From positions 131,378,001-131,442,000 of the forward strand of contig NC_042997.1 in the NCBI RefSeq assembly GCF_006345805.1: 64,000 nt of DNA, given 5' to 3'. The DNA comes from Octopus sinensis (Eukaryota). This document shows positions 48,033 through 61,800 of this stretch, piece after piece (within the stretch, counting starts at the first letter, position 1; every line of letters starts with the position of its first letter). A program made the position numbers and the translations under genes. Under the pieces are notes generated by a model. It worked only from the letters and a program-made list of their open reading frames with translations, did no database searches and was not told where the DNA came from.

Positions 48033-49449
48033 TAACGATTTGAACATGTGTAAAATTCGTGCAAAGTTTGTTCCTAGGGTGCTCAGTGACATCAATCCTG
48101 GTAACCAACTACTTGATAGAGACGGACATCAAAACTACCCTCATCCTTCTTATAGTCTAGACCTTACTCACTATGACTCTTCAATGTTTCCCAAGCTAAA
48201 GAAGAACCCAAGAGACAGTCATTTTGAAGACAGAGGCTGTGAGATGGGTCCTGGACACCTTCACTTTGGAGGACTTCCATAGGGCCTTCACAGAGTGGCG
48301 GCTGGAGTGCTACAACAAATGCAGTGAAGTCAGAGGATTTTCCTTTGAAGGAGATTAAAGTTTTGTACTTTGAAATTAATAAATGTTTCTTCTAGAACTT
48401 CTGGAATGCACTTTGTAGTACAACAAAACTACTGATCTTGTGTCTAAATCAGAAATCACTGAGTCAAATCAAGCTCTCCTACTGGTACCATTTAACTCTG
48501 TACAACCTGTATGATTCGGTGGCCAGTGACTACCTCCACCACACACACACACACACACACACATACACTGCTGGATGAGGAAGATGTATAGGTACTCTGC
48601 AGAACTAAAAAATAAATGTGCCAGAGAAAAGAAATAGCTTTCACGTAGAAACCAATGACTAACCATTCCTGGAGAGGAGACAGGAATCCTCATATTATCT
48701 GCCTATTACCATACATCAACAGTCCATATTACCGTAAATCCTCGAGTATAGTCTGCCCTTGAGTATTATATGCAGGGGATTTTTGGGGTGGGGGGTACCT
48801 CTGAAAAACCTAAACCTTGTGTATAATACGCACCCCTTCTCTAACTTGAGTCAAGGAGGTTATTATAATGTCCTTGGTTTGTAAAAATGTATACGGTAAT
48901 GTCCTTTATTATTATTGTATATATAATATAATGCAAACGTATAGCTTTTTTGTGCATTTTGTTTGCAGAAAATAATGAAATAACAGTAATAACGTTTAAT
49001 AAATGTTACTTACTGCAAGTTATGGACGATTCTTTTATGACTTCATTGCTTTCAGGCTTAGCTTAAGGTGTTTTCGAGCCTGACATCATAAAATGCATCT
49101 GAATAAACATTGCTGGACAGCAAATAGAGACTCGGACATTGCTTAGAAAATATTTTTCATTTCTAACCTCGTATATAGTATGCACTAGGGATTTTGAACT
49201 TTATATTTTGGAAAAAAATGTGGATTATACTTGAGGATTTATGGTATACTTATCATAGTAAACAGCCTCAGCCTTTTTATGCCTATAAACTGATCACACA
49301 AGATAGCCAACCAATAATTTTGTTGCTGTTCAGCAGGATTACAGTCATTCCAGCAGTGACCATAGCTTATTTCAGACATAGCAATTCTATGACTGCATTA
49401 TTCAAAATATTCTTCTCTTTTAAAATTTAGGTTACAGATAAACAATTAA

Positions 49450-49879
49450 CCTTTTCGTTACCAACCTGGCTGAAATTGGCTCTGGTTCTGTAGTTCAAAT
49501 GTCTTGTTTTCATAAATCTTCCACCAAACCTTAGTTATCATTAAGCTAGTGTTAGGAACATAAATTGTGACTGTTATTTTTAAAAATTCATTGTTATATT
49601 TAAAATAGTTGAAAGAGACACAGAGCATCTCAAAATAAATTCAGTAACAAAAGGGTTAACCCTTTCATTACTGTATTTATTTTGAGATGCTCTGTATTTC
49701 TTTCAATTACTTTAAATATAACAAAGAATTTAGTAAAATAACTTAGTTATCATTAAGCTAGTGTTAGGAACATAAATTGTGACTAAGGTTTGCTGGGAGA
49801 TTTTAATTCAAAACTTATGAAAACAAGACATTTGTACTCAGACCCAGAGCCGGTTTCAGCCGGGTTGGTAACGAAAGGG
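49450..49879. mobile_element. Two TTAA MITEs in opposite orientation sharing one TTAA (49450-49655 and 49660-49879)
   Basis: ...aaagggTTAAccctttc... at 49650-49666; outer TTAA at 49446 and 49880. Confidence 0.9.
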
Positions 49880-50984
49880 TTAAACTCTTTATTGGCTGCG
49901 ACTACAGTTTCCATAATATTCATTTTAGCATAGAATGGGGTAACATGAAATAAAAAAAAAACCTTGCTCAAGCATACAACACACTGCCAAGCCCAGGAAC
50001 TGGCCACACACATTCCCTGCACAAAATACACACATACATATGCATTGGTTTTGGGATGGTAAAAAAAAATGGATGTAACAAATGAAATTAAGTTGTAGTA
50101 TTCAAATTTATGATAATGATCTGTTGACATTGTCCTTTTCTGATGCTGATGAAACAAATATCAGACAATGAAGTATAGGTCTGTATAATGAACTAAAACG
50201 TTTGAAGTAAGTGCTCCAACATGGCTACAATATAGCGACTAAAGATCATACATACATAAATAATATACACATACAGAACAAAATACACATACATAAATAA
50301 AAGAAATAATATACACATACAGAATAAAACATACATACATACTCATATGCACATGCACACACACACATAAATATCTCATCTTTTTTTAACCAGATTTTGA
50401 TTATAATCCATTATATAGGTATGTGTGTGTGTATATATATGTGTGTGTGTGTAGGGATATATGTGGTGTATGTACTATTATACTATATCTAATGTGTATA
50501 TATATGTGTGTATATATCTGTGTGTGTGTGTGTGTATGTGTACAGTATTTAGCTAGCTGCAATAATGACTGATAAAAATCATTAAACTGGTCTGATTGTC
50601 TGACTATTTTCCAGTATAATCACTAGAAATTATAATATCCTTGCAAATCTATAAGATGTTAATAATTTTCTGGATGATTTCTACAGTGATCACTAAAATT
50701 CAGTGTCCCTTTGGATAAATGAAAATTATCAAGTCTTCTTCACTGATGATAAGAATGCAAATTACAGCTCTGTTGCATGGAACAAGCTATTAACAATCAT
50801 TTTGTTCGTTAAACATGGGTTCTTTTGATACAGCCATCTTAATGACTGCTTCGTAGAAAGTAACACCCATTATTTTGATTATTGCAAATCTCTGACACTA
50901 TGTTGCTAGGTACAATAAATAAAATTCCTCATAAATTTAATTTCAGAATATTTAAGGTAGAACCTTAATGACTTGCTCTTTCTA

Positions 50985-51452
50985 TAGGCGTAGGAGTGGC
51001 TGTGTGGTAAGTAGCTTGCTTACGAACCACATGGTTCCAGGTTCAGTCCCACTACGTGGCATCTTGGGCAAGTGTCTTCTACTATAGCCTTGGGACGACC
51101 AAAGCCCTGTGAGTGGGCTTGGTAGATGGAAACTGAAAGAAGCCTATTGTATATATGTATGTGTATATACGTATATATATATTTATATATATCTATATAT
51201 ATATATATATATATAATATGTATGTGTGTGTGTATACGTTTGTGTGTCTGTGTTTTTCTCTCCAACATCACTTGACAACTGATGCTGGTGTGTTTACGTC
51301 CCCGTAACTTAGTGGTTCAGCAAAAGAGACCGATAGAATAAGTACTAGGCTTACAAAGAATAAGTCCTGGGGTCGATTTGCTCAACTAAAGTTTATGCTC
51401 CAGCATGGCCACTGTCAAATGACTGAAACAAGTAAAAGAGAAAAGAGAGTAA
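50985..51452 (+). mobile_element. SINE family B
   Basis: Full match. Confidence 0.85.
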
Positions 51453-52143
51453 GGTGGTCATTTGTTTCTAGCTCTAAGTCAGCCCTTGGTTGAGCAGACC
51501 TATATAATCAAAGGTATTCCAGCTGTGACCATCACATCTTTCTTTTCTTTGTCATAGAATAACCTGGATTATATTATCCAATGTGTTCTTACTTTTTTAT
51601 ATAAGATCATAGTCTGATATGAGAGATTTGGCTACTATTTCTAGCAAGTTCAAAGATCACGTAAATTTTTATAATCAGTCATTCCAGCCATGATCACCAC
51701 ATTTTTTTTAAAATTTGGCTTAGTGTACTCTGGACCGTATTATCCTATGTGTTCTTTGTATGTTTTTATATGATGAGATGTGATCTGAGAGAGATTTGGT
51801 AGTTATTTCTAGCAGGTTGAATGACCTGACCACATAGCTGCTTTCTTCTTGGTCCAGTAAGAAGCAAGGTGCAAGTAAACTCTCTTGCTTATTGGATAAT
51901 ATGAATTGATGTAGAGTTGAAGACTGGTGAACTCTGTATTCTGAAATTACTAAAAAAAGTATAGCAGGAAAATATAAATATCGTATTTGCTATGTATAAT
52001 GGTATGTTTCTGATAAATTCAACCGTGGAAGACGCTTGTACATACTAGCATGAAGAGATAAACAATAGTACATGGCTACACAAAAATACATAATTATATA
52101 CACACACCCACACACACACAAGCCTCTTTATACACACATATTG

Positions 52144-52189
<46 letters not shown>

Positions 52190-54855
52190 CGGTAAACGGT
52201 GGAATATACCTCATAAACTGGTATACCTATCTAGCAGATATGAATTTCTAAAAAATGTAAGATAAACCAAATGCTGTGTGCCAAGAATTTCCAGACTCAT
52301 CTGTCTGGCACTTTGACCTGAGAATTTGTATCTCTCCACCCACCCACCTATTTACCAAAATTTCAAGGATTGTTATTTTTATTATGAAAAAGAATAACCG
52401 AATAAGTAGAGCAGAGAGCAATTTTTATTTTGTTTTTTGTTTTTCTTTGGTATTTATTTAAGTCACTTTATGATCTGAGTTCAAATTACGTTGCCGTAAC
52501 TTAGCAGTTCAGTATAAGAGACTGATAGAATAAGTACTAGGCTTACAAAAATTAAGTGCTGGCGTCAATTTGCTCAACTAAAAGGCAGTGCTCCAGCATG
52601 ACCTCAGTCAAATGACTGAAACAAATAAAAGAGTAAAAGAGATATGAAATTGTGACCATGTAAATTTTAAAATGTAATTTTTTCTGCTCATGGGGAAAAT
52701 GGAAAAATAAGAGTGAATATTTATTTTATGAGTGCTGTGTATTAAGTCTATAAAATTGTGCATAAAGTATATAAAGTGCATTAAGTATACCAATTTCCTT
52801 CACTTTTTAATAAATAGCAGATGAACAACTACCTTTTGATACAAACACAACACAGGTTGTGCTTTCAGGATTTTTGGATAAAGTTTTCAGGAATAACCCA
52901 ATAGGTTTACTATTAATTCCGTGAAATATTCACAGGTCCCACTAGTTATTAAGGTGGCAAGCTGGCTGAATCATTAGCATGCCAGGCAAAATGCTTAGTG
53001 GAATTTTGTCTGTCTTTACATTCTGAGTTCAAAATCTGCCATGGTTGACTTTGCCAGTCATCCTTTCAGGGTCGATAAATGAAGTACCAGTGAAATACTG
53101 GAGTCGATGTAATTGACTAGTCCTCTCCTCCAAATTTCAGACCTTGTGCCTTTAGTAGAAAGGATTATTACCACCGCCTTATCTCAAGAACCACTGTATG
53201 GATTTAGATGAAACTTTCAGAAATGTTTGGCCTCGTGACTGACATGAACTGATTAGGTTTTGGGATCAATCTGGTACTGGACAAGGATTCTGCATTATTT
53301 TTCCTGTCTTTTTTACTTAATTTTTGAGAGCAGTCGGGTTCATTTTTAGCATTCTCATTTGTGAAAGCAGTTGAGTTTATTTCAGATATTCTCAATTTAA
53401 AAATCATCTCTGGCTAATTGCTGAGAAGACATTGGTGTTGCCTTGGTGGAGGTTTGTGCTCTCTGAGAGCTCGTCATTATTATTATTATTTTTATTATTA
53501 TTACTATGTGTAGTGACAAAATTGTTAGAACATTGCAGTATTTCTTGCTCTTCATATTCTAAGTTTGAATCCTGTGAAGGTCAGCTTAACCTTTCATCCT
53601 CCTGGGATTCAATAAAATATAGTACCAGTCAAATATGAGGGTTAATGTAATCAAGTAATCCCTTCACACAGAATTTCTGACAGATGCATGTTAAATGCAC
53701 CATCTGAACGTGATTGATGCCATGCTGCCTGACTGGCTCCTGTGCTGGTGGTATGTAAAAAGAACCCACTACACCCTTGGAGTGGTTGGCGTTAGGAAGG
53801 GCTCCCAGCTGTAGAAACATTGCCAGACCAGATTGGAGCCTGGTGCAGCTGCTGGCTTTCCGGACCTCAGTTAAACTGTCCAACCCCTGCCAGCATGGAA
53901 AGCGGACGTTAAACGATGATGTTGATGATGAAATTCTCATAAGGTATTGGTTAACTTGAGTTATAATAGAAGAGAAAACTTACTTGGAAAAGGATTTCGA
54001 AATGCGGAGTAGGTGAAACAGGGACAACTGAAGAAGGGGAATATTCTTTATGTTGCATGTCTTGTTTCTCTGTTTTTCGTTGTTCGAAAAAAAGTTTGTT
54101 TCTATGTTTTTGTTTTTATGTTTTTGTTTTTATGTTCAACGTTTTTTGATGTCCTGTACCCATATATGCATGCATATATACATATATATGTAGGTATGTA
54201 CATATATGTATGAATATATGCATATATTTATATATTGTTTATATTATATAATAGAAGAGACTTGCCTAATGTGCAGAGTAATGAGAGCAAACGTGAAATC
54301 ATGTGAATGCAAAGAGAATGTTTTAACCACACTCATAGCATGTGCACGTGTGTGTGTGTGTATATATATGTGTGTCTGTGTGTGTGTATGAGTATGTCTC
54401 ATGTAAAAAGCACCTGAGCTGGTGCCTCATATAAAGCACCCACTACAGCTTGTAAAGTGGTTGGTATCCAGCTGTAGAAACCATGCCAGCATGGAAAACA
54501 GACGTTGAAAGATGATGGTGATTACATGTGTGTGTGTATACATACACATATCTGCATCCACTCACTTACACACACACACATACACACACACTTGCATAAA
54601 TTTTGTAGGCTTCTGAATAGTCTCCATTCACTAGATTCCATTCTCAAGATACTGGAAGATCTGAAGCCATTGCAGACACATTTGACCAAAGTATAACAGA
54701 AGAATCAGACCTGCAATTCAGTGGCTTCTGCATGTGGTGGATATATGAGTGTGTGTATGCATATATATTGATATAAGTGTATGTATGCATGTATGTTGAT
54801 ATGGTTATATGTATGCATTTATATTGATATGTATGTACACAGTATGTTGATATCT

Positions 54856-55096
54856 CTTTTACCTGTTTGTTATTTGACTGCGGCCATGCTGGAGCACTAC
54901 CTTTAGTCGAGCAAATCGACCCCAGGACTTATTCTTTGTAAGCCTAGTACTTATTCTATCGGTCTCTTTTACCAAACCGCTAAGTTACGGGGACATAAAC
55001 ACACCACCATCAGTTGTCAAGCGATGTTGGGGGGGACAAACGCAGACACCAACATATACAACAATACACACCACACAACACACACACAACACATAT

Positions 55097-55142
<46 letters not shown>

Positions 55143-55310
55143 TATATACGATGGGCTTATTTCAGTTTCCGTCTACCAAATCCACTCACAAGGCCTTGGT
55201 CGGCCCGAGGCTATAGTGTGCCCAAAGTGCCACACAGTGGGACTGAACCCGGAACCATGTGGTTGGTAAGCAAGCTACTTATCACACAGCCACTCTTGCG
55301 CCTATATACT
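54856..55310 (-). mobile_element. SINE family B
   Basis: Full reverse-complement match. Confidence 0.85.
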
Positions 55311-55493
55311 TATGCTTGTATACATACTTGTTTCATCAACATTAAACATCCACTTTTCTATAGTTGACTCATATGAGTGAGTTTGTGTATACATATATAT
55401 ACACTTTAAATGATGGTGATATATACATGAACATGTGTGAATGTAGTTATTGCATCATATGTAATCAGTGTATCTTTTGTGTATGTGTATATA

Positions 55494-55529
<36 letters not shown>

Positions 55530-55939
55530 AAAGTATGTGAGGGATCATAAGATTATATATCATAGCTGTTAATGTATTTATGTAAATATATGCAAATTTA
55601 TTCGTTGGGTTTCTTTTTGACAAAACTTTGTTTTGTTTTAAGAAAGTATCATTAATGAATCCCTCCCCTAACATCACCTGCACCACCCCTAACTATTCTG
55701 CACCACTCCAACTTTACCTCATTCTCACCAGTCATAATTCATCTTTACCTCATTCACACCCTACCTCATTCCCACCACCACCACCATAATCTACCCAGTA
55801 TGCAAGATCAGAAAGATGAGGAATGTAAGTCCCAGTTGGGTTCATATGTCCCCCCCCCCCCCGGGTAGGGAAGCTGAGGTGTCATTTTGACAGCCAGGGT
55901 AGGGTTGTACCTCATATTAATTGGGTGGAGTGTTTTGAT

Positions 55940-56310
55940 TCAGCTCACTTCTCTAGTGGTGTTGGTTGTGGTGTTGGTGATGTTGTTACTGCTACTGTTG
56001 GTGCTGGTGTTGTTGCAATTGTTGTTGTTGGTGATGTTGCTGATGATGTCGATGCTCTTGCTGATGATGTATTTTCCTTCTCTTTTCACTCTCTCAACTT
56101 TTTACTTGTACATTTTCTTCACCCAAATTTTTTCTCTTTTCTCTTTCGATTTATTTTAATCTTTCTTCTCAATTCTCCCTCCTACCATTTTCCTCATATT
56201 TATTTTATTTTTTTATTTTCATTTCTTTCTCTTTGCTTTTTTTCTTTCTTTTTTTTTTCTCTCTCTCATATTCTTTTTAGCAAATCTTTCTCCACGCCAA
56301 ATTTATCTTA
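55940..56310. repeat. Decayed (GTT/GGT/GAT)n tract followed by a ~250-bp pyrimidine tract
   Basis: Direct reading; explains low-complexity ORFs 55887-56159 and 55925-56311. Confidence 0.8.
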
Positions 56311-57140
56311 AATCTCCATAACCAAATACATACTCCCACACACGCACTTACACACAGACACGCATATTGAATATTAATGGTCTATTATTCATGTAGATTT
56401 TAAAAATTCTGTACGGGTATATGTTCTTAGACACACACACACACACACACTCTTACACATACATGTGTCAAAAATGGTAATTATCCATCTATTATAACCA
56501 GAGGCAATTATATAAGAAATGAAGAGTCCCCAATGCTTTCAGCTGACCTGCTAGATATAGCAGCAGCTTGGAAAAACAAAAAAAGAATGAAGGATGCACT
56601 GGATAATGTAGTCCAAAACTGATTTTCTAAATATAAGATAAGATGGCCATGGTAAGAATGTCTGCTTGTTCTGTATTGACTTGGACTAAGAATCCTCTAT
56701 ATGTTGATCTATATATTGAGAAGACAGTTTTGTCTCCTGGATGGGAATATGTAGTCTGTTACTAAATAAGTTGGCTTCAGGGTTAGAAGCTTGCTTTGCA
56801 ACCACTGTTTCATTTTCAGTTCCACTGTGTAGCACTGGGACAAGTGTCTTCTCTTATAATCCTGAGTCAATCAATGCCTTCTATTTGAATTTGGTAGATG
56901 GTGTGTTGAATCCACTTGTATGTGTGACTTTGTATCTGTGTTTGTCTCTCCCAACACTTGATAATCAATATTGGTTTGTTTATGACCCTATAACTTAGTA
57001 GTTTGACAAAAGAGATTGATAGAATAAATGCTAGAGTTAAAACGAAAAGGAAGTATTGAGGTTGATTTATTCAAATAAAATCTTTCAAGGTTGTATCCCA
57101 GCATGGCCACAGTCCAATGTCTTAAAACAAGTAAAAGATA

Positions 57141-57535
57141 TGTGGCTGTGTGGTAAGTAGCTTGCCTACCAACCACATGGTTCTGGGTTCAGTCCCACTG
57201 CATGGCATCTTGGGCAAGTGTCTTCTGCTATAGCCCCGGCCGACCAATGCCTTGTGAGTGGAATTGGTAGACAGAAACTGAAAGAAGCCTGTCATATATA
57301 TGTATATATATATGCGTGTGTGTGTTTGTGTGAATGTGTTTGTCCCCCTAGCATTGCTTGACAACCGATGCTGGTGTGTTTACGTCCCCGTTACTTAGCG
57401 GTTCGGCAAAAGTGACCGATAGAATAAGTACTGGGCTTACAAAAGAATAAGTCCCGGGGTCGATTTGCTCGACTAAAGGCGGTGCTCCAGCATGGCCGCA
57501 GTCAAATGACTGAAACAAGTAAAAGAGTAAAAGAG
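57141..57535 (+). mobile_element. SINE family B directly downstream of an older B copy (~56770-57138)
   Basis: Full match, head-to-tail arrangement. Confidence 0.8.
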
Positions 57536-57569
<34 letters not shown>

Positions 57570-58308
57570 AAGGAATTAAAGGTAATGCTATGCTATTTTG
57601 TAATAATCCTTATTAAGTTGGTGAGCTGGCAGAATTGTTAGCACACTGGACAAAATGCTTTAGTGGTATTTTGCCTGTCACTATGTTCTGAGTTCAAACT
57701 CCGCTGAGGTCAACTTTACCTTTCATCCTTTTAGGGTCAATAAATTGAGTACTGGGGTCAATGTAATCGACTATCCCCTCTCCCAAATTTCAGGCCTTGT
57801 ACCTATAATAGTAACTGATACCTCTATCAGTAACTGATACATCATCTTTACATGTTTGTGCCGATTATAAACAAAGCACTCACCATTCATACAAGCAATA
57901 GCACGTGTTTACAGTGCATCATGAAAACATATCTGGGCTTCTTGAAATGTCCATTCCTGATTGACAAAAAACCCCTCACCATTCATTCAAATGGTGTCAT
58001 TTGTTTGTAGTCCTTCACAAAACCCTGTATGAGCTGTTCGTTGTTTTATAGACAAGGTGATTATTATCTTGCTTGGAAACAGGTGAGGGTTGGCATCAGC
58101 AAGGGCATCCAGCTGTAGAAAATTCTGTCTCTGATACATGCAAGTATACAAGAGTAGACATTAAAACGATGATGCTGATGTTAAACTTTGTGTTTGTGCT
58201 AAATAATCAGAGGACAATAATATGAATTGGAGTTCTAAATGAAAGCTGTTGCATAATTTAAGTTTTAAAACTTTATCTCTTTCTCATATGCATAAATACA
58301 CACACGCA

Positions 58309-58350
<42 letters not shown>

Positions 58351-58789
58351 GGAGAGGCTTTTCAAACTCAATTGCAAGGCATTGGTTTGCCTGAAGCTAT
58401 AATAGAAAACTCTTGCTGAAGATGTCACTGGGATTGAACCCCAAACGATATGGCTGGGAAGAGTATTTCTTAAATGCAGCCATGCCTGCATGCTTGTGCA
58501 CTCACACACACCACACCACACCTCACCACACACACACACACAGAGGCATATATCCAGTGTGTTCTCATATTGTTCTCCAAATAACCATTCTATATTGATT
58601 AGAACTGGAATGTTTCTAAGTTGATATCTGACTTGGTTATTTATAGAGGAGGAGATAGATGGGTGTTATCTCACATTGCATATTGGTGCTTATTGGTCTA
58701 AACTGAAATTTCAATTATATCAGCTATAGTCCTTATCTACTTTGAATACAACTAAAGAATTATTGTTCTTCCACATCATCCCTTTAATC

Positions 58790-59990
58790 GTCATCATCAT
58801 CATGTTCAGGTTTTAATGTCAGCAGTTGTTACTTTTACAAAAGTCTACCTCTTCATTTCCTCCAAGATTAAACATTCTTAGATCTGTTTTAACTATCTGA
58901 CCTCACATTTCCTTTTGCTTCTTCACCATCTACCCATGGAGCCAGTACGTGATCTCTTGGTCCACTAGAACAGATAAATCTTTCACAAATCATGGCCTAC
59001 TGCCTTATCCTTTTTATTCTCATATTTTTGTTGAAATACACTGCCTTTGCTTCAGTTAAGTTTGAAAATAAAGAATTTAGTAAAATTACTTTGTCATTAA
59101 GCTGATGCTTAGAACAAAAAGATTAACATAAAATTCTGATAGGTTTCAACTTGGATCACTTTAGAATAGGAAATTTGTATAATAGAAGCAGGGAGGTCTC
59201 GATTGGATTCAAAAGGGTTAAAGAATAAAAAAACTAAAACATAAAAGAAAGATGACATTGGATAGTATACACCCAGTTACACTCTTTGAAAAAAAAGATG
59301 GAATGGTCACAGGTGGAATGTCTTTGAACATGTATCTATTCAGTTCATGTTGAGTCAGAGTTAAACACTATCATTTTTTGGTTTTCACCCATTTACACAC
59401 CAGGCATCATTCATTCTCAGTATATGATTATCATTGCAATCTTGGTTTTAATGTCTGTTTTCCCATGTTATCAGGGTTTTGATGAATCTGAAATTGAAAT
59501 CTTCCCATGGAATTTAAACACTGCATAATTTCTTATGGAACCAGTATTCTTAGTTCACAAATTAACTTTATCTTATTTATCTCTAACATAAGCAGCTTCT
59601 TCTGCCAACTACTACTACATGTTTTTTTTCATTTCAGCATACAGCATTCAATTGCATTACCTGTCACTTCTGACATAATACAAGCTTTATAACTATCCCA
59701 TCTTCATACATACACACTTCCATCTGCCCATCAACAAGCTGAATATCATCCACATCACTCTTGACAGTCTAGAGTTCTGCAAAAGAGCATTATTTCTCTT
59801 AAAACGAATCTTTATCAAAAATTACTTTAATGTCCAATCACATTTTAGAATCAAGTCTGCTCTTAGCATTGTTTATAAGTTAATTTATCACATCCAATAT
59901 AACCTATCCCATTTGATCCTTTCCTGTAACTCCAGATCATTTTCATTTACTGAACATGGTCATCGTTAATATTCACTATCCAAGCTGGCA
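58790..59990 (-). mobile_element. Very old RTE-like fragments (~58790-59020, ~59560-59990) flanking a TTAA MITE relic (~59040-59222)
   Basis: Minus-strand peptides such as YKACIMSEV and IVKTDLRMFNL echo the RTE C-terminus; ...caaaagggttaa end. Confidence 0.35.
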
Positions 59991-61494
59991 TGGGTAGCAC
60001 AGTTTGACATAGAACCAGTGAGATGCAAAACTGTGTCAAGCTCTAATGTCATCTTTGGCATGGTTTCTTTGACTGGATGCACTTCCTAAAGCTAGCCACT
60101 TTACAAAATGTACCAGATGCTTTTTCATGCCATCAGCATGAATATCAATGAAGCTATTCTTTTTAATAATATTAATTACACTGTCAGAGTGGCTGGCGTT
60201 AGAAAGGGCATCCAGCTGTAGAAACTCTGCCAGATCAGATAGGAGTCTGGTGCAGCCATCTGGTTTGCCAGACCTCAGTCAAATCGTCCAACCCACGCTA
60301 TCATGGAAAGCGGACGTTAAACGATGATGATGATGAATTATATGGATTTTACAATTGAGCTAATCATCAATGCATGGTTGACTGTCAATTTTTGAGGGAA
60401 GATATTAGTCTCAGTTGAAAATGCTCCTGAGCTATTATCATAGTTTCTGTGAGTTTTCCAATAAATTAAGGTGACAAACTATTTAATGTTCGTATTTTTC
60501 TGAGATGAATTTATGGAGAAATTTTTAACAAATTCGTTTTTGGATTTGGTTTGCAAGATTCTTTAAATGAGTTTGTGTGTTGAAGCATATTCTGTTGTGT
60601 CTGGGGAGAGTCATTTTCTTTTTGTGTCTTATAATGTAACACACTCACTGGTAAAATTTCAACTTATTTCTTATTTTCCTAAAATTTTCGTTGCATCTTG
60701 CAACCCTTTCAATAGTCTTGACTCTATCATGGAAATGGTTTTGACATGATTTGATTGGTGTTCTTTCCAGTTGTCTTTAGGTAGCATCCCTAAGTTATTC
60801 CTAACCATCTGATGACAATTGGAAAGAATGCTAATTCAAGCATTATAACAGAAACATGGAAAATATTCTGAAAGATAAACATTAGCTTTGTCTTCGTTCA
60901 TTATCAGGTACCATTTAAAGGTAACCAGGCTACATAGAATTAAATGCTTTTATCCATTATAACACATGTAAATAGTCTACATATAAGTAACATAAGATAG
61001 GTGTAAACTCATTAGTGGCAGTCATATTGGATTAAACTTGGCGCCATTTTACTAGTGTTGATTTTCAGTTAGTGTTACATAGACTACCTCTTTTATTTTC
61101 CATTGTCTTCACTGAGTTTCTTTGTCTGTAATGAAATCTTAACGATATGCTTTCCTTCTTCACACTATACATGCTTGCCATTCCTGATTTTATAGTTTTC
61201 ACCTCTGATTTTTAAAGATCTTCATATTTCTGCGGTTCTAGCTTTTATGCTCTCTCTCTCTCTCTCTCTCCTCTCTCTATCTATCTTCTTTCTACAGCTT
61301 ACCTTAAGTGTGCGAGTTTCATATTTTTCTGTTATTAGACAGACATGGTTGTGTGGTTAAGAAGGTTGCTATGCGACCATGTGGTTTTGGATCCCATTGT
61401 GTTCTACCTTGGGCAAGTTTCTTTCACTTACTAAAGCCCTGGGTGGACCAGTGTCTTGAGTGAATTTTGTAAATGGAAACTGTGTGGAAGCCCA

Positions 61495-61775
61495 ACATGT
61501 GTGTGCGAGTGTATTTGTGTGTGTGTGTATTTGTGTGTGTATGTATATATATGTGTGTATGCATGCATGTTTGTGTTTGTATGTATGCATGCATGAGTGT
61601 GTGTTTGTATGTATGCATGCATGTGTATGTGTTTGAATGTATGCATACATGTGTGTGTGAATGTGTGTGCATGCGTGTGTACATATGCATGTATGTGTGT
61701 GTGTATGCATGTATATGTATGTATGTGAATATATATGTATGTGAATATATCTGTACACATGTATATGTATATGTT
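61495..61775. repeat. ~280-bp compound TG/TATG/TGCA microsatellite
   Basis: Direct reading; source of the HTHT/CVCV ORFs. Confidence 0.9.
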
Positions 61776-61800
61776 TTTATTGTTGCATTTGTTACCCCTC

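Larger units (their letters stand above)
46200..48415 (+). mobile_element. Old mariner transposon split by three later insertions
   Basis: Imperfect TIRs ta-tgaggtccattccaaaagtttt / agaacttctggaatgcactttg-ta; reconstructed MHSERFEACNAI..CVKLAKT, WHKRFKDGREEV.D...GR, HNDLNMCKIRAKFVPRVL, HPSYSLDLT..D..MFPKLK, CYNKCSEVRG.SFEGD*. Confidence 0.8.

Noticed and set aside
50560-50910. Plus-strand frame with few stops (NSVSLWINENYQVFFTDDK...)
   Set aside because: Three stops in ~85 codons and no family resemblance
60809-60838. CTGATGA...GAAA hammerhead-like core
   Set aside because: Stem II is only caattg with C-G polarity and position 16.1 is A rather than U
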